Source of the DNA: Amphiscolops sp. MND2022
Taxonomy: Eukaryota
Length of the DNA stretch: 64,000 nt
Reading direction: 5' to 3'
Assembly: GCA_964187785.1 (NCBI GenBank)
Contig: OZ076409.1
Location: forward strand, 76,262,001-76,326,000
Part shown: piece after piece, positions 49,151 to 63,300 of the stretch
How the letters are laid out: each line of letters starts with the position of its first letter
Numbering within the stretch: position 1 is the first letter of the stretch
Notes under the pieces: model-generated
Told to the model about the DNA's origin: nothing
What the model saw: only the letters and a program-made list of their open reading frames with translations
Database searches by the model: none
Made by a program: the position numbers and the translations under genes

Positions 49151-51341
49151 GTGGAGGTTATTTTATAATAATTAAAGTGTTTTTTTCCGGAGTTTGTGGC
49201 TTTGGAAAAAACAAAAGGCGAGAAATTGGGCACTCCGGACTGAACCGTATACACTCAAAATTCGCCCAATATTTATACGATCTCGAAACCCAGCCGTACG
49301 ATTTGGCTGAAAATTTGCATGCGGCTAAAAAATCAGATTCTAAGAACTATTTCCTGCTGACATTTTTTTGAAATTTTTGTGTACGTTTCCCCCCCCGCCC
49401 CCTAAAGGGGTCAATTTTCCCCAATTTTGCACTTATGAGTCAAATTCTCAAAACTGGTGGATCTGAGCGTATTCCCAGCGGGGACAACTTTTAACAAGCG
49501 CTCTTCAGTAGACCTTTTTGAATTTTTACTTTGGTGGTAGGTTCACCCCCCAAGGAGGAAATGGCTTTTTTGTGACTTCCGGTCGAGACTTTTTTCACCC
49601 AAAAAATAGAAATAAGCCAGTTTTGAGCAGGAAGGAGTGGATTTGAAGTGTCTGTACCCTGCTAAAAATTTGTTGGGCTTGTAGCGATATATCTCATACC
49701 AAGTCTGGTTTTCAGCCCCAAACCCCCCTTGAGACCAAAATTCACCCAAACATTTTACCTCTATTTGTCGTTTTTTTCACAAAATGTCGTCATTTCCATC
49801 GGCAAAGATTTGAATTAGGGGCTCCTAATAGGGTACCAAAGTTCAAGTACACTTGGAGTGCAACTGAGTGACCCTTTTTGGGCCTCTCGTGTGTTCGGCA
49901 ATGACCGGAAGTGGTATAAACCCCCCTTTTTTGACGTTTGTTGACCTTGAGACCCGCGCTTAGATGACGTTTATGTCGCGCAAATCCCACAAACCAGTAT
50001 TAGCATGACATGCTAGCCAACTAGAGAGCAATAAGGGAAACTATACTATACCGGAAGTGACCCCCTCTTGACCGGAAGTTGTCATTTTTGACCGGAAATG
50101 GTCCAAAACCTAGCGTGAAAGCAGTTTTTCATTGCTTTTAATGTCAACTTAATACTTTTTTCACTCTGCGCGAGCTTGCCTTCAGGTTCGTTAGTGTTGC
50201 CCGTGCACACTGCAACAAATATACATCTGTAAAGATTTGGCTATAATTTCGTCGGAGAGAGAAATAACGGATTTTTGTGATTTTTTTCAAAAATATTAGT
50301 CTTTATCTGTCATTTTTACTCAACGTTATTGAACAGTAGAACCACAGGGGTTAGTCTCTGCACAAATATATGTCTAACAAAAGCACTTGTTCCATTGGCT
50401 GCAGTTTGAGCGTTCTAGTTTTGCCTCGTCACAAGTTAGGGGACTTGAAAAACTTTCAAAATCTTTTCCGAATTTTTTTCCAAACGTCACGTCTCCCAAA
50501 GTTAAGAAACTTCCTCACAACTAGGACTGCAAGTGAATGCATGTGGTAAGACCTATAAATGGAGAGAAAAACTCCGTTTAGGACGTCTCTTTATCGTAAC
50601 GTGACGCTAAGAGATGTTGCTTTGAATGTGAGTTTGATAATGCGTCGAGAAGTAAAAGCGTGTAAATGGAACCTTTGTCTCGATAAATACTCATCGCAAT
50701 ACACCCGATGAACCCCAGTTACCCTCAGTTTCAGTTGCTTAGTACATCAACGTCTTCCAAAGACCTTTTATCTATTTTGAAAAGTGTCGAAATCAATATT
50801 GATATCAGTTATCATGAAACACTTGAGTACATTCTCATCTCTCCCCATCGGGTGAGATGAGAATGTTCTTGCTAAAAGCCAGGTACTACGGCCCCCTTTT
50901 GTTTTAATACGATGCATTCTCAGTTTTAGCACATATATATTTTATTTCGCCTGATTGCTTGTATACTCTCTGACTTGTTGTTATAAATCTCTCGTCATTA
51001 CTTTACATAAATATACAACCAAAAATCATCATCGTCAACGCCACATACATTTAGACGCCCACCATTCCGTAGGTATGTCGAGGCATACCTTTCGATTACG
51101 TATGTCAAAACGCAAACGAGATAAAAAGTGCTGAAAGTCTGAAACAGTGACAAACAATTTTGACTGTTTGACATATGGTAGGTTTTAACATGGGAGTTAC
51201 ACATCACTGACATTTCACATCATTCCAGCTGACGCCCACATACCAACATCAACGCCCACCGTCCGTGGGCATGCCGAGGCATGCCCTTCGACGACGTATG
51301 CCAATTTCTGCATATCTACACTCAATTACGGTAGCTGCTAG
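49151..51341 (+). mobile_element. Unit K (2191 bp), divergent composite
   Basis: Contains B-like GACCGGAAGTG segments, a C-like central block and a duplicated terminal motif (about 51033 and about 51232). Confidence 0.75.
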
Positions 51342-52616
51342 GTGGCCGGGAACTTTTTTTCCTGCATTTTTCTGTCCAATTGGGGGAGGGGCCCCAAGTG
51401 GCTGTTATCCGGTTTTACTACCTACCCTAAACACGCTCAAAAAATGACGATCTCGAAAACCACCCCTTAGATTTTCCTGAAACTTTGCATACAGGCCTAG
51501 AATCAAATCCTAAGAACTATTTCCTACTGGCGTTTTTCCGAATTTTTTCAAAAAGTTGGTCAAAAATGCAACAAAAGTTGCCAATGGACATAAAAAACGC
51601 AACTTTTCGACTTTGAGGGCCCATAACTTTTTTCAGAGTGCCCGGAGCGATTCGCACAATGAAAACAATATTGCTCAGCATTGTCGGAGGAGTGCGTGGA
51701 CGAAGTTTGAGGTGAATCGAATGAAAATTGATTGAGAAATTAACGCAAATGTTTGTGCATTTGTTGCAAACACCAGTCTATCTCTGCCATTTTCGCCAAA
51801 AATTTTTCCCAGAGCCTTTATAGGAGGCAACCCCTGCCCAAATTTCTGCCGAGCAAACCCATTTGGCCCTAAATACGGAGTTTCAGCATTCTAGGATTCC
51901 CGGGCGAAAAGTTGTGGGACTTAGAAAAATTTCAAAAAAACGCAAAAATTGTAAAAAGTAACTTCAGGCGCCCCAAAGTCTCAAAACTTCCACACAACTA
52001 GTATTGCAAGTGAATGCATGTGGAAAGTACTCGGATAGACGAGAAAAATGAGCTATAGAACAACTCTGTAGCTTAATCTGAAGTTGACTTATGACTTTTT
52101 GAGTGTGAGCATCCTATAGGATTTTAATGTCAAAAATTAGATTTTGTAAGTCATGTCTCATCAAAAACTCATCGGAATACGTTCAATCATCCCCATAGCT
52201 GTTCAATCACCGTTGCTTAGTAGAGCAACGCCATTTAATGTCTTTGGACCCATTTTGAAAATTTTCCTTACCGTCTTATTCGTCCGATATCACGAAACAA
52301 TTGAGTACATTCCATCTCCCCCCTTGTGGGGGAGATGAGAATGTACTCGCCAAAGACCTGAAACAATGGCCCATATTGAGTTTTATTTGACCTTTCTCAC
52401 TATATTGCACACGGATAGCTGTGTTTGGTAAAAGTTTTCCTTTGCACCATGTCTCCAGAAGCAAAACCACTTCTTTAGCTTACTACTTCCACTCAAACAT
52501 CACTAACGTCAACGCCACATACTCGCATCAACGCCCACCGTCCGTGGGCATGCCGAGGCATGCCCTTCGACGACGTATGCCAAATAGCGCCACCTTGCGC
52601 CCCCAATTTCCGCTAG
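51342..52616 (+). mobile_element. Family C unit (1275 bp)
   Basis: Similar to the units at 11114 and 13778. Confidence 0.82.
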
Positions 52617-53905
52617 GTGGCCGGAAATTTTTTTTTTTCATCAAAATCTTTGCCATTGGGGGAGGGGCCCCGGATGGCCAGTAGTACGGGATAGCTTCCT
52701 ACCAAATCCAGATGGAAAAAACGTGATTTTGGAAACTAGCCGTCAGAATTTGCTCAAATTTTGCATACGGCTTCCTATAACAATCCTAAGAACTAATCCC
52801 TACTGGCATTTTGCCCAAAAAACGCAAAAAGTTGGTCAAAATCTTAGTTTTTTGGTCAAAAAATGGCAATTTTTCGAAAAAATTTTTTTTCAGAGACAAT
52901 TACTCGTAACTGGTTCACCCAGCGCAAAAACGCCTAGCTGATTTATTGTTGGGCACTTCATGAGGAGTGCGTATACAAATTTTCGTCCAGATCGGAAAAA
53001 AAATGATTAAGTATTAGCCGGAATTCGGACGCATTTTTTCGCAAATTTTTGAAAACCTAGTCTATCTCTGCCGTTTTTTGCCCAGATTTTTTTCCAGGTC
53101 CTCTCCTAAAGGCCTCCCCTGGCCGGTTTACTTCCCAGAAAAACCATTTGGCCCTAAATACGGAGTTTCAGCGTTCTAGCATTCCCGGGTGAAAAGATGT
53201 GTGACTTAGAAAAAATTCAAAATTTTTCAAAAAAAATTTTTTTCGTTTTCCGGCCCCCCAATGAAGGGGAACGACCCCCCAACGAGGATTTTTGGTGAAT
53301 TCACGTGGAAAGGCCTTGTTTTGTGGAGAAAATTGCCGTTTAGAGCGACTTTTTATCTTAACTTGACGTTGACCTCTGTCGTTTTGAATTTGATATTAGT
53401 ATGTGTTGAGCATGTGAAAAGTTGATGATTTCAGTTGTTCTCTCGTGTTCAAGCCATTGAGATACAAGCGGTAGTGATCAAAATGTGATTTATCGCAATT
53501 TGGTGGTGCTTTTGGTGTATTTTGATTCTTTTAAATAAAAAGTTGTTCTTTATATATTTGGTGTATTGATTCAAATGAACAAGAAACAGTTGAGTACATT
53601 TCATCTCCCCCCTTGTGGGGGAGATGAGGATGTACCCGCTAAATGACACGCACAATGGCCCAATTTTATTTTTATGCGACGTTCTCTAGGCTTTTGCGCA
53701 AGCCCACTAAAATTTAGACTGGTTTCCTTTTCTTTTACTCCAAAATTTTCCGTACTAACCACCTTACGCACCACCAGCTCAACGTAACATCTGTAACGTC
53801 AACGCCACACACTCTCACTAACGCCCACCGTCCGTGGGCATGCCGAGGCATGCCCTTCGACGGCGTATGCCAAATAGCGCCACAGGGCGCAAACTTGTCC
53901 GCTAG
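52617..53905 (+). mobile_element. Mosaic unit (1289 bp)
   Basis: Left part resembles 44043, middle resembles 55207 (GGCCCCCAATGAAGGGGAACGACCCCC), right part resembles the 53906 and 60351 units. Confidence 0.8.
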
Positions 53906-55206
53906 GTGGCCACGACCATGGTTTCTTGCGTATCTTGTCGAATCCTTTGTCGTTGCCGGCCGGGGAGGGACCCGTTTGCCGGCGTGTGTAGTGTGGGGCC
54001 CCCATACCCAAAAAGTGGTATTTTTTTCAGAGATCTCAAAATCGGCCCGTCAGAATTGCCTGAAATTTGGCATGAGGCTCCCAATTGGGGAAAAAATAAG
54101 AAGTGTAGGAGGCGACTTGTTCGGGTAAATATTGTATGTTGACTTTTGGCCAAAATAGTGTTCCCCCCCAACATGGGCAAAATCACATGAGGTGTAAAAA
54201 TATGATCACAACTTTTGAACCTTTGGATTTAGGGGTACGGTCGTGGACCACATTAAGCAAGAGCTTTGGTGAGCAGGTAGGATAGATGGGTTTTGATCCC
54301 AGTACCTTCAACCACTTTTGAGAAATTAACGTTTCAAACAAACATCCGGGAGGTATCTGTTGCCCCTGAAGGCAGGTTTTTCGCCATTTTCAATGTGAAG
54401 GAGTGGGTTTAGCGTAACGTGTGTGGTGTGCTTTTTTGTTTCCTGTGTGCGGAGCGTTGTATAGAGGTGCTGGTTGTTGAAATTGGAAAAGTTGGTAAAA
54501 AGTTATACCTATACCCCCCCTACTGTCTCTGCCATTCAATTTTTTTTTCAACTTCAGGCCTCCCAAAGGTGAGAAACTTCCACACAACTAGTATTGCAAG
54601 TGAATGCATGTGGAAAGTACTCGGAGAGACGAGAAAAATGAGCTATAGAACGACTCTGTAGCTTAACTTGACGTTGACTTATGACATTTTGAGTGTGAGC
54701 TTGCTATGTGAGAAAAAAATTCAAAATTTAAAATCGAAGCTAAGTCTCATCCAAAACTCATCGAAATACGTTCAATCCATCCCAAAGCGGATTAATTCCA
54801 GATATATAGTGCAGCAACACTATTCAAGACCATTTGACACAATTTTACTAGTTTTGACATTGTATTATTCATCCGAGAGCACAAAACAGTTGGGTACATT
54901 CCATCTCCCTTTCGGGGGAGATGAGAATGTACCCGCTAAATGACACGCACCATGGCCTAATTTTTACCTTTATGCGACGTTTTCTAGGCTTTCGCGCAAG
55001 CCCACTAATATTTACACTGGTTTTTTTCTCTTTCACTCCAAACTTTCCGTCCGTACTAACCACCTTACACACCACCAGCTCAACGACACATCTGTAACGT
55101 CAACGCCACATACTCGCATCAACGCCCACCGTCCGTGGGCATGCCGAGGCATGCCCTTCGACGACGTATGCCCGTTGTCACAACAGGGCGCCCCCATTCC
55201 CGCTAG
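53906..55206 (+). mobile_element. Unit L (1301 bp)
   Basis: Unique left half, shared right half, CTAG|GTG bounded. Confidence 0.8.
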
Positions 55207-56483
55207 GTGGCCGTGTCTTTTCGACGTGCTTTTGCATCGAGGAGTGGGTAGGGCCCCGCGACGACCTAGAAGAATTGGATGCTCACCGAAACGTGCAGAA
55301 TTCTACGAGATCTCATAGTTTGAGCCATACGATTTTTCTGAAATTTGGCATGTGGCCTGGAATTGGTGAGTAGGTAAAACGTGTAGGAGGTAATTTTTCC
55401 CAAATTCCATTGTGAGAGGAGATATGGGCAAATAACGGACCCAAAAATGGGGAAAATGCAATTTTTTCAAGTTTGTCAGCCAAAATCTCATTTCCAGGTG
55501 CCCGTAGCGTCCCGCACGTGGACGTCAATATTGCTCAGCGCTGTTAGAGGAGTGCGTGGACAAATTTTGGTTGAAATCGGACGAAAACGTGAGGAGAAAT
55601 TAACGGTTTTCCGGGTGTTTCCGGGTTAAAATTTTTAACGGTCCAGCTTATCTTTGCCATTTTTTCGAAAATGTACTTGCCTAAAGGCCTCCCCCTGGCC
55701 GAATTTCCTCCCAGCAAACCCATTTGGCCCTAAATACGGAGTTTCAGCGTTCCAGCATTTCCGGGCGAAAAGTTGTGGGACTTAGAAAAATTTCAAAATT
55801 TTTCAAAAAATTTTTTTTCGTTTTCCGGGCCCCCAATGAAGGGGAACGACCCCCCAACCAGTATTTTGAGTGATTGCATATCGAAAGCCCTTGTTTTGAC
55901 GAGAAAAATACCGTTTCGAACATCTTTTTATTTTAACTTGGCGTTGACTTATGACGTTTTGAATGTGATGTTAGGATGTGTGAGGCATGTGAAAAGTTGA
56001 TGTTTTGAGTCTTTATCTCATGTGAAAGCGATTGAGATACAAGCTGTTTCGCTCAAAACGGGTTTCATCGTAATTTCGCAGTGCATCATTGACCTTTGTT
56101 GTCTTTTGAAGAATTTTTTCTTCATATAACAACAATTTTGGTGTGTTTCTTCCAATTTTTCTCATCTTCTAATTTGAAACAGTTGAGTACATTTCATCTC
56201 CCTTTCGGGGGAGATGAGAATGTACTCGCTAAAAACCTAGTGCTTTTGCGTCGCAATGTTTGCAAAAGTTGTTATTATTGCTGTTCCATCAGCATTTTCT
56301 AATTGACTTTTTTAAAACTATCAATTAACTTGAAGTACATTACTTGAACTTACTACTAATACCATACATCTCTAACGACAACGCACCCTGCTTGCATCAA
56401 CGCCCACCGTCCGTGGGCATGCCGAGGCATGCCCTTCGACGACGTATGCCAAATACCAAATGCCACGCTGTCATTCTCGCTAG
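55207..56483 (+). mobile_element. Unit M (1277 bp)
   Basis: CTAG|GTG bounded; carries all the shared hairpins. Confidence 0.8.
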
Positions 56484-59081
56484 GTGCCCGGATTTCTATT
56501 CATTAAAGTATGTTGCGCGTGTGGGTAGGGCCCCGTGGCGCGCTCTTGTGTCCCTGTTCTCATAACTGCAATTTCCGGCAGCATTCTGAGCGATTTTCTA
56601 AACTATCCATACGATTCGGCTGAAATTTGGCACACGTACCCCCCTCGGCACGGTGAAGATGATTTCCTACTGACGTTTTTCCCGCAAAATTTTTTTTGTT
56701 GTCCAAAATAACGGTTTTTGGGGTAAAATTTTGAACTTTTTTTAAATTTCATCTTATATCTCGCCACGGGTTTACGCTAGCGCTTCAAAACCCTGCTAAA
56801 GAAAGCTTGCAAACTGTCTCAGGAATGCGGTGTGAAATTTTCAGCTCAATCGGACTTGAACTCAGGGAGATATAGCGTTTTTCCGGAGCGGGGGGGTTTC
56901 ATTTTTCTAACGGTCCAGCTTATCTTTGCCATTTTTTCGAAAATGCACTCGCCTAAAGGCCTCCCCTGGCCGGTTTTATTCCCAGCAAAACCATTTGGCC
57001 CTAAATACGGAGTTTCAGCGTTCCAGCATTCCCGGGCGAAAAGTTGTGGGACTTAGAAAAGTTCAAAAATTTTCAAAAAATTTTTTTTCCGTTTTCCGCC
57101 CTCCCCCCCTAGGAGAAAAGACCCCCCAACCAGTAATTTGAGTGAATTCATGTGGAAAGGCCATGTTTGGAGGAGAAAAATGCCGTTTAGAACGTCTTTT
57201 TATCTTGGCTCAACGTTGACTTATGACGTTTTGAAGGTGGTGTTTGGAGGTGTAAAGCACGCGAATAGTAACCGTTATGAGTATTTATCTGATCTGAAAG
57301 CCATTGAGATGAATATGGTTTGCTCAAAACGTAATTCATGGCAGTTTGGCAATCAATCAACACCCTTTGTTGTCGTTTGACATACTTTTTTGTTGTTATA
57401 ATAAAAAATTTTGTGTATTTATTCATTTTTTTCTCATCAAATAACTTGAAACAGTTGAGTACATTCCATCCCCCCCTTCCGGGGGAGATGAGAATGTACT
57501 CGCAAAAAGCACCGAACTACGGCCCTAACCTTCCCGAGCTACGCAGTATAAGGATTACATATTGGTTCCGACATTTTCATAGAGTTAAATCTTGGTAATC
57601 TGTCTGGATATGCAGAAAAACCAGCACGTGCTTTTTTATACCAAGTTGCTTACAACGACAATTATTTTATATCAACGCCCCCATATTTATCAACGCCCCC
57701 CGTCCGTGGGCATGCCGAGGCATGCCCTTCGACGACGTATACCAAGATATTCCCGAGCGCGTTAGCCTAGGTGCCGGGATTTCTATTCGATAAAGTATGT
57801 GGCGCGTGTGGGTAGGGTCCCTGGCGCGCTCTTGGGTATGGTGTTCACCAGCTAGGAAATAGGGGTCGATTTTTCGGGATCTCCTAAACTAGCCACACGA
57901 TTTGGCTGAAATTTGGCACACGTACCCCCCTCGGCACGGTGAAGATGATTCCCTACTAGCGTTTTGCTCGCAAAATTTTTTTTGTTGTCCAAAATAACGG
58001 TTTTTGGTGGAAAATTTTGAACTTTTTTTAAATTTCATCTTATATCTCGTCACGGGTTTACGCTAGCGCTTCAAAACCCTGCTAAAGAAAGCTTGCAAAC
58101 TGTCTCAGGAATGCGGTGTGAAATTTTCAGCTCAATCGGACTCAAACTCAGGGAGATATAGCGTTTTTCCGGAGCGGGGGGGTTTCATTTTCCTAACGGT
58201 CCAGCTTATCTTAGCCATTTTTTCGAAAATGTACTCGCCTAAAGACCTCCCCTGGCCGGTTTTATTCCCAGCAAAACCATTTGGCCCTAAATACGGAGTT
58301 TCAGCGTTCCAGCATTCCCGGGCGAAAAGTTGTGGGACTTAGAAAAATTCAAAAATTTTCAAAAAAAATTTTTTCCGTTTTCCGCCCTCCCCCCCTAGGG
58401 GAAAAGACCCCCCAACCAGTAATTTGAGTGAATTCATGTGGAAAGGCCATGTTTAGACGAAAAAATTGCCGTTTAGAACGTCTTTCTATCTCAACCTGAC
58501 ATTGACTTATGAAGCTTTAAAGGTGATGTTTGGACGTGTGAAGCATGTAAAAAAAGGAATTTTTTTGATTTTATTTCATCAGAAAGTCATTGAATCACAC
58601 GCTGTGAAGCCCAGAGCGTGGTTTCTAATAGTTTGGTATCGTTTAAACGCATTTTGGTGTCTTTTTACTCTGTTTAAAAAACTTTTTTCCTGAAAATTAA
58701 TAAATTTTGATTACTTTTCTTACTTTCCATTAATTTTTTTTCTTATATTTTTACTTGAAACAGTTGAGTACATTCCATCTCCCTTCCCGGGGGAGATGAG
58801 AATGTACTCGCAAAAAGCCGCGAACTACGGCCCATACCTTCCCGAGATACGCAGTATAAAGATAACATAATGGTCCAGACATTTTAATGGAGTTGTATCT
58901 TGGTAATATGTCTGGATTTGCAGAAAAATCAGCACGTGCCATTTTATACCAAGTTGCTCGCAACGACAATTAATTTAAATCAACGCCCCCACAAAAATCA
59001 ACGCCCCCCGTCCGTGGGCATGCCGAGGCATGCCCTTCGACGACGTGCACCAAAATATGCCCCGAGCGCGTTAGCAGCTAG
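56484..59081 (+). mobile_element. Family N units, diverged tandem pair (56484-57770, 57771-59081)
   Basis: Share the body containing GGCACACGTACCCCCCTCGGCACGG; CTAG|GTG bounded. Confidence 0.8.
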
Positions 59082-60350
59082 GTGCCGGGATTTCTATTCG
59101 ATAAGGAATTTTGCGCGGTTGGGTAGGGCCCCGTGAGCGCGCCAGGGGATAGTGTTAGAACAACAAGGATTTGGGCATCAGTTGGGAGCGATTTTCTAAA
59201 CTATCCGTACGATTTTGCTGAAATTTGGCACGAAGCTTCCTTGGAACATTCTAAGAACAAATCCCTACTGGCGTTTTGCTGGGAAAAATCAAAAAGTTGG
59301 TCAAAAATGCGATTTTCCGACAAAATTTTGGGGTAAAATTTTTTTGAAACGTTATATCTCGCCACAGGGTTACGCTAGCGCCTCGCAACCTATGATCGTG
59401 TTTTGTTGGGCGTTGTCTGTAGAACACGTATGCCAAATTTGGTGGCGATCGGACTTAAACTCAGGGAGATATAGCGATTTTTTAGGTGCATTTTTTGACA
59501 TTTTTTGCATTTGCCGATTTATCTCTGCCGTTTTTGCCCAAATTTTTTTTGAGACACTCTCCTAAAGACCTCCCCTGGCCGGTTTACCTCCCAGAAAAAC
59601 CATTTGGCCCTAAATACGAAGTTTCAGCGTTCTAGCATTCCCGGGCAAAAAGTTGTGGGACTTAGAATAGTTTTTATGGTAACGCAAAATGTGTAAAGTC
59701 AACTTCAGGCCTCCCAAAGTCAAAGAACTTCCACACAACTAGGATTGCAAGTGGGTGCATGTGGAAAGTACTCGGATAGACGAGAAAAATGAGCTATAGA
59801 ACGACTCTGTAGCTTAACCTGACGTTGACTTATGACAATTTTAGTGTGAGCTTGCTATTTGGTGTAAAAATTCAAATGATGAAAATCGAAGCTAAGTCTC
59901 ATCCAAAACTCATCGGAATACGTTCAATGCACCCCAAAGCGGATTAATTCGAGATGTTTAGTGCAGCAACACCATTCAAGACCATTTGACCCATTTTCAT
60001 AAGTTTTGACAACGTATTATTCATACGAGAGCACGAAACAGTTGAGTACATTCCATCTCCCTTTCGGGGGAGATGAGAATGTACTCGCTAAAGTCCAGGT
60101 ACTACAGCCCATATTTGCTTTTATGCGACGCTCTTATGCTAGTGCGCATACTTTTTAATCGTTTAACTGAATTTTCTTCTGTCTGCACTTTGACTTTGAC
60201 TTGACATATAGTGAACGTTTTGTCTTACAACTTACAAATGAGTAACGTCAACGCCCCATCCTTGCATCAACGCCCACCGTCCGTGGGCATGCCGAGGCAT
60301 GCCCTTCGACGACGTATGCCAAGATATATCCCAAGCGCGGTAGCAGCTAG
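59082..60350 (+). mobile_element. Family G unit (1269 bp)
   Basis: Similar to the unit at 41492. Confidence 0.82.
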
Positions 60351-63300
60351 GTGGCCGGGAATTTTTTTTTCAGCAAAATCTTTGCCGCTGGGGGAGGGGC
60401 CCCGGGCGGCTGTTAACCGGAATTCATACTATGCAAAACCTATCACAATTCTCAGATCTCAGGATCCAGCCTGTAGGATTCGCTCAAATTTGGCACAGAG
60501 CCTCCTTGAAAGATTATAAGAACTTTTTCCTAGTGGCGTTTTTCGATTGAAATATTTTATGTTGACCAAAATTGCGTTTAAAATGCCCATTGTTGCGTTT
60601 TTATTGTCTTTTTCGAATTTGACGGTCCATAACTTTTTTTGAGGTGCTCGGAGCGGGTCGCACGTGGAGAGCAATATTACTCAGCACTAAAAGGGGAGTG
60701 CGTGAACAAAATTTCGTCCAAATCGGATGAAAATTGGATGAGTAATAGCCGGAAATTTGGCGCATTTCGTCGACTTTTTTCGAAAACCCAGTCTATCTCT
60801 GCCGTTTTTTGCCCAGATTTTTTTCCAGGTCCTCGCCTAAAGGCCTCCCCTGGCCGGTTTACATCCCAAAAAAGCCATTTAGCCCTTTTGCCGCAGTTTC
60901 AGCGTTCCAGCGTTTCCCGAATAAAAGATAAATGACTTAGAATTTTTTCAAAAAATGTTCGAAAAATTTTTTTTCAATTTCAGGCCTTCCAAAGTCAAGA
61001 AACTTCCACACAACTAGTATTGCAAGTGAATGCATGTGGAAAGTGCTTGAATAGACGAGGAAAATGAGCTATTATAAAACTCTGTAGCTTAACCTGACGT
61101 TGACTTATGACATTTTTAGTGTGAGCTTCCTATGTGCTAAAAAATTAAAAAACGTAAGTCTCTTTGAAAACAAATCGGAATACGTCCAGTCAACCCCAAA
61201 GCTGGTAAATTGCCGTTGTCTAGTGCAGCAACGCCATTTAGAGTCTTTTGACCCACTTTGATACCGTTTTGATACCGTCTTATTCATCCGATAGCACAAA
61301 ACTGTTGCGTACATTCCATCTCCCCCTTTGTGGGGGAGATGAGAATGTACCCGCTAAATGACACGCACAATGGCGCAATTTTATTTTTATACAATGTTTT
61401 CTAGGCTGTCGCGCAAGCCCACTAATATTTAGACTGGTTTCTTTCTCTTTCACTCCAAACTTTCCCTACTAACCACCTAACACACCATCAGCTCAACGTT
61501 ACTTCTGTAACGTCAACGCCACAAACTCGCATCAACGCCCACCGTTCGTGGGCATGCCGAGGCATGCCCTTCGACGATGTATGCCCATTAGCGCCACAGG
61601 GCGCCCAATTTTTTCTAGGTGGCCGGGAATTTTTTTTTCCACATAAATCTTTGCCACTGGGGTAGGGGCCCCGAGTGGCTGTTGTTCGGTTTACTTCCCA
61701 TAGGATTTGACCGCTGCGGAGACGATCTCAGAAACTAGCCATACGATTTGGCTCAAACTTGGCACAGAGCCTCCTTGAAAGAGTATAAGAACTTTTTCCT
61801 AGTGGCGTTTTTCGATTGAAATATTTTATGTTGACCAAAATTGCGTTCAAAGTGTCCATTGTTGCGTAATTTTTGTCTTTTTCAACTTTGATGGTCCATA
61901 ACTTTTTTTGAGATGCCCGGAGCGGGTCGCACGTATTGAACAATATTGCTGGGCACTTCAAGAGCTGTCCGTAGACAAATTTTCGTCCAGATTGGAAAAA
62001 AATTGATGGAGTAATAGCCCCAAATCGCACACATTTTGTCGAATTTTTTCGAAACCCTAGTCTATCTCTGCCGTTTTTTGGCCAGATTTTTTTCCAGGAC
62101 CTCTCCTAAAGGCCTCCCCTGGCCGGTTTACCTCCCAGAAAAACCAGTTGGCCCTAAATACGGAGTTTCAGCATTCCAGTATTCCCCGGGTAAAAGATAA
62201 ATGACTTAGAATTTTTTTCGAAAAATTTTCAAAATTTTTTTTTCAACTTCAGGCCTCCCAAAGTCAGGAAACTTCCACACAACTAGTATTGCAAGTTAAT
62301 GCATGTGGAAAGTGCTTGCATAGACAAGAAAAATGAGCTATTATACGACTCTGTAGCTTAACCTGACGTTGACTTATGACAATTTTAGTAAGAGCTTCCT
62401 ATGTGAGAAAAAATTTCAAAAAGTGAAAATTGAATCTAAGTCTCTTCCAAAACTCATCGGAATACGTTCAATTCACACCAGAGCGGTTCAATTCCAGTTG
62501 TATAGTGCAGCAACACCATTCAAGGTCTTTTGGTCCATTTTTATAACTTTTGACACCGTCTTGTTCATCCGATAGCACAAAACAGTTGAGTACATTCCAT
62601 CTCCCCCCTTGTGGGGGAGATGAGAATATACTCGCTAAAAGTCAGGTACTATAGCGCCCATTTTGTTTTATTCGACGCTAGTGATGCTATTGCACACGAA
62701 TACAATAGTTTTGTCAAATCATGTTTGACATGATGAATCTTACTTTACCTTTAGTTTACGTTTACCTACTACTACAACATCGCAGCCCTAACGTCAACGC
62801 CACACACTCTCACTAACGCCCACCGTCCGTGGGCATGCCGAGGCATGCCCTTCGACGACGTATGCCAAATAGCGCCACAGGGCGCAAACTTGTCCGCTAG
62901 GTGGCCGGGAATTTTTTTTTCAGCAAAATCTTTGCCGCTGGGGGAGGGGCCCCGGGCGGCTGTTAACCGGAATTCATACTATGCAAAACCTATCACAATT
63001 CTCAGATCTCAGGATCCAGCCTGTAGGATTCGCTCAAATTTGGCACAGAGCCTCCTTGAAAGATTATAAGAACTTTTTCCTAGTGGCGTTTTTCGATTGA
63101 AATATTTTATGTTGACCAAAATTGCGTTTAAAATGCCCATTGTTGCGTTTTTATTGTCTTTTTCGAATTTGACGGTCCATAACTTTTTTTGAGGTGCTCG
63201 GAGCGGGTCGCACGTGGAGAACAATATTACTCAGCACTAAAAGGGGAGTGCGTGAACAAAATTTCGTCCAAATCGGATGAAAATTGGATGAGTAATAGCC

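Noticed and set aside
1720..62900. CRISPR array suggested by the recurring ~35-bp palindromic repeat
   Set aside because: Spacing is 1.3-3 kb, the intervening DNA is homologous rather than unique spacers, there are no cas genes, and the context is eukaryotic.
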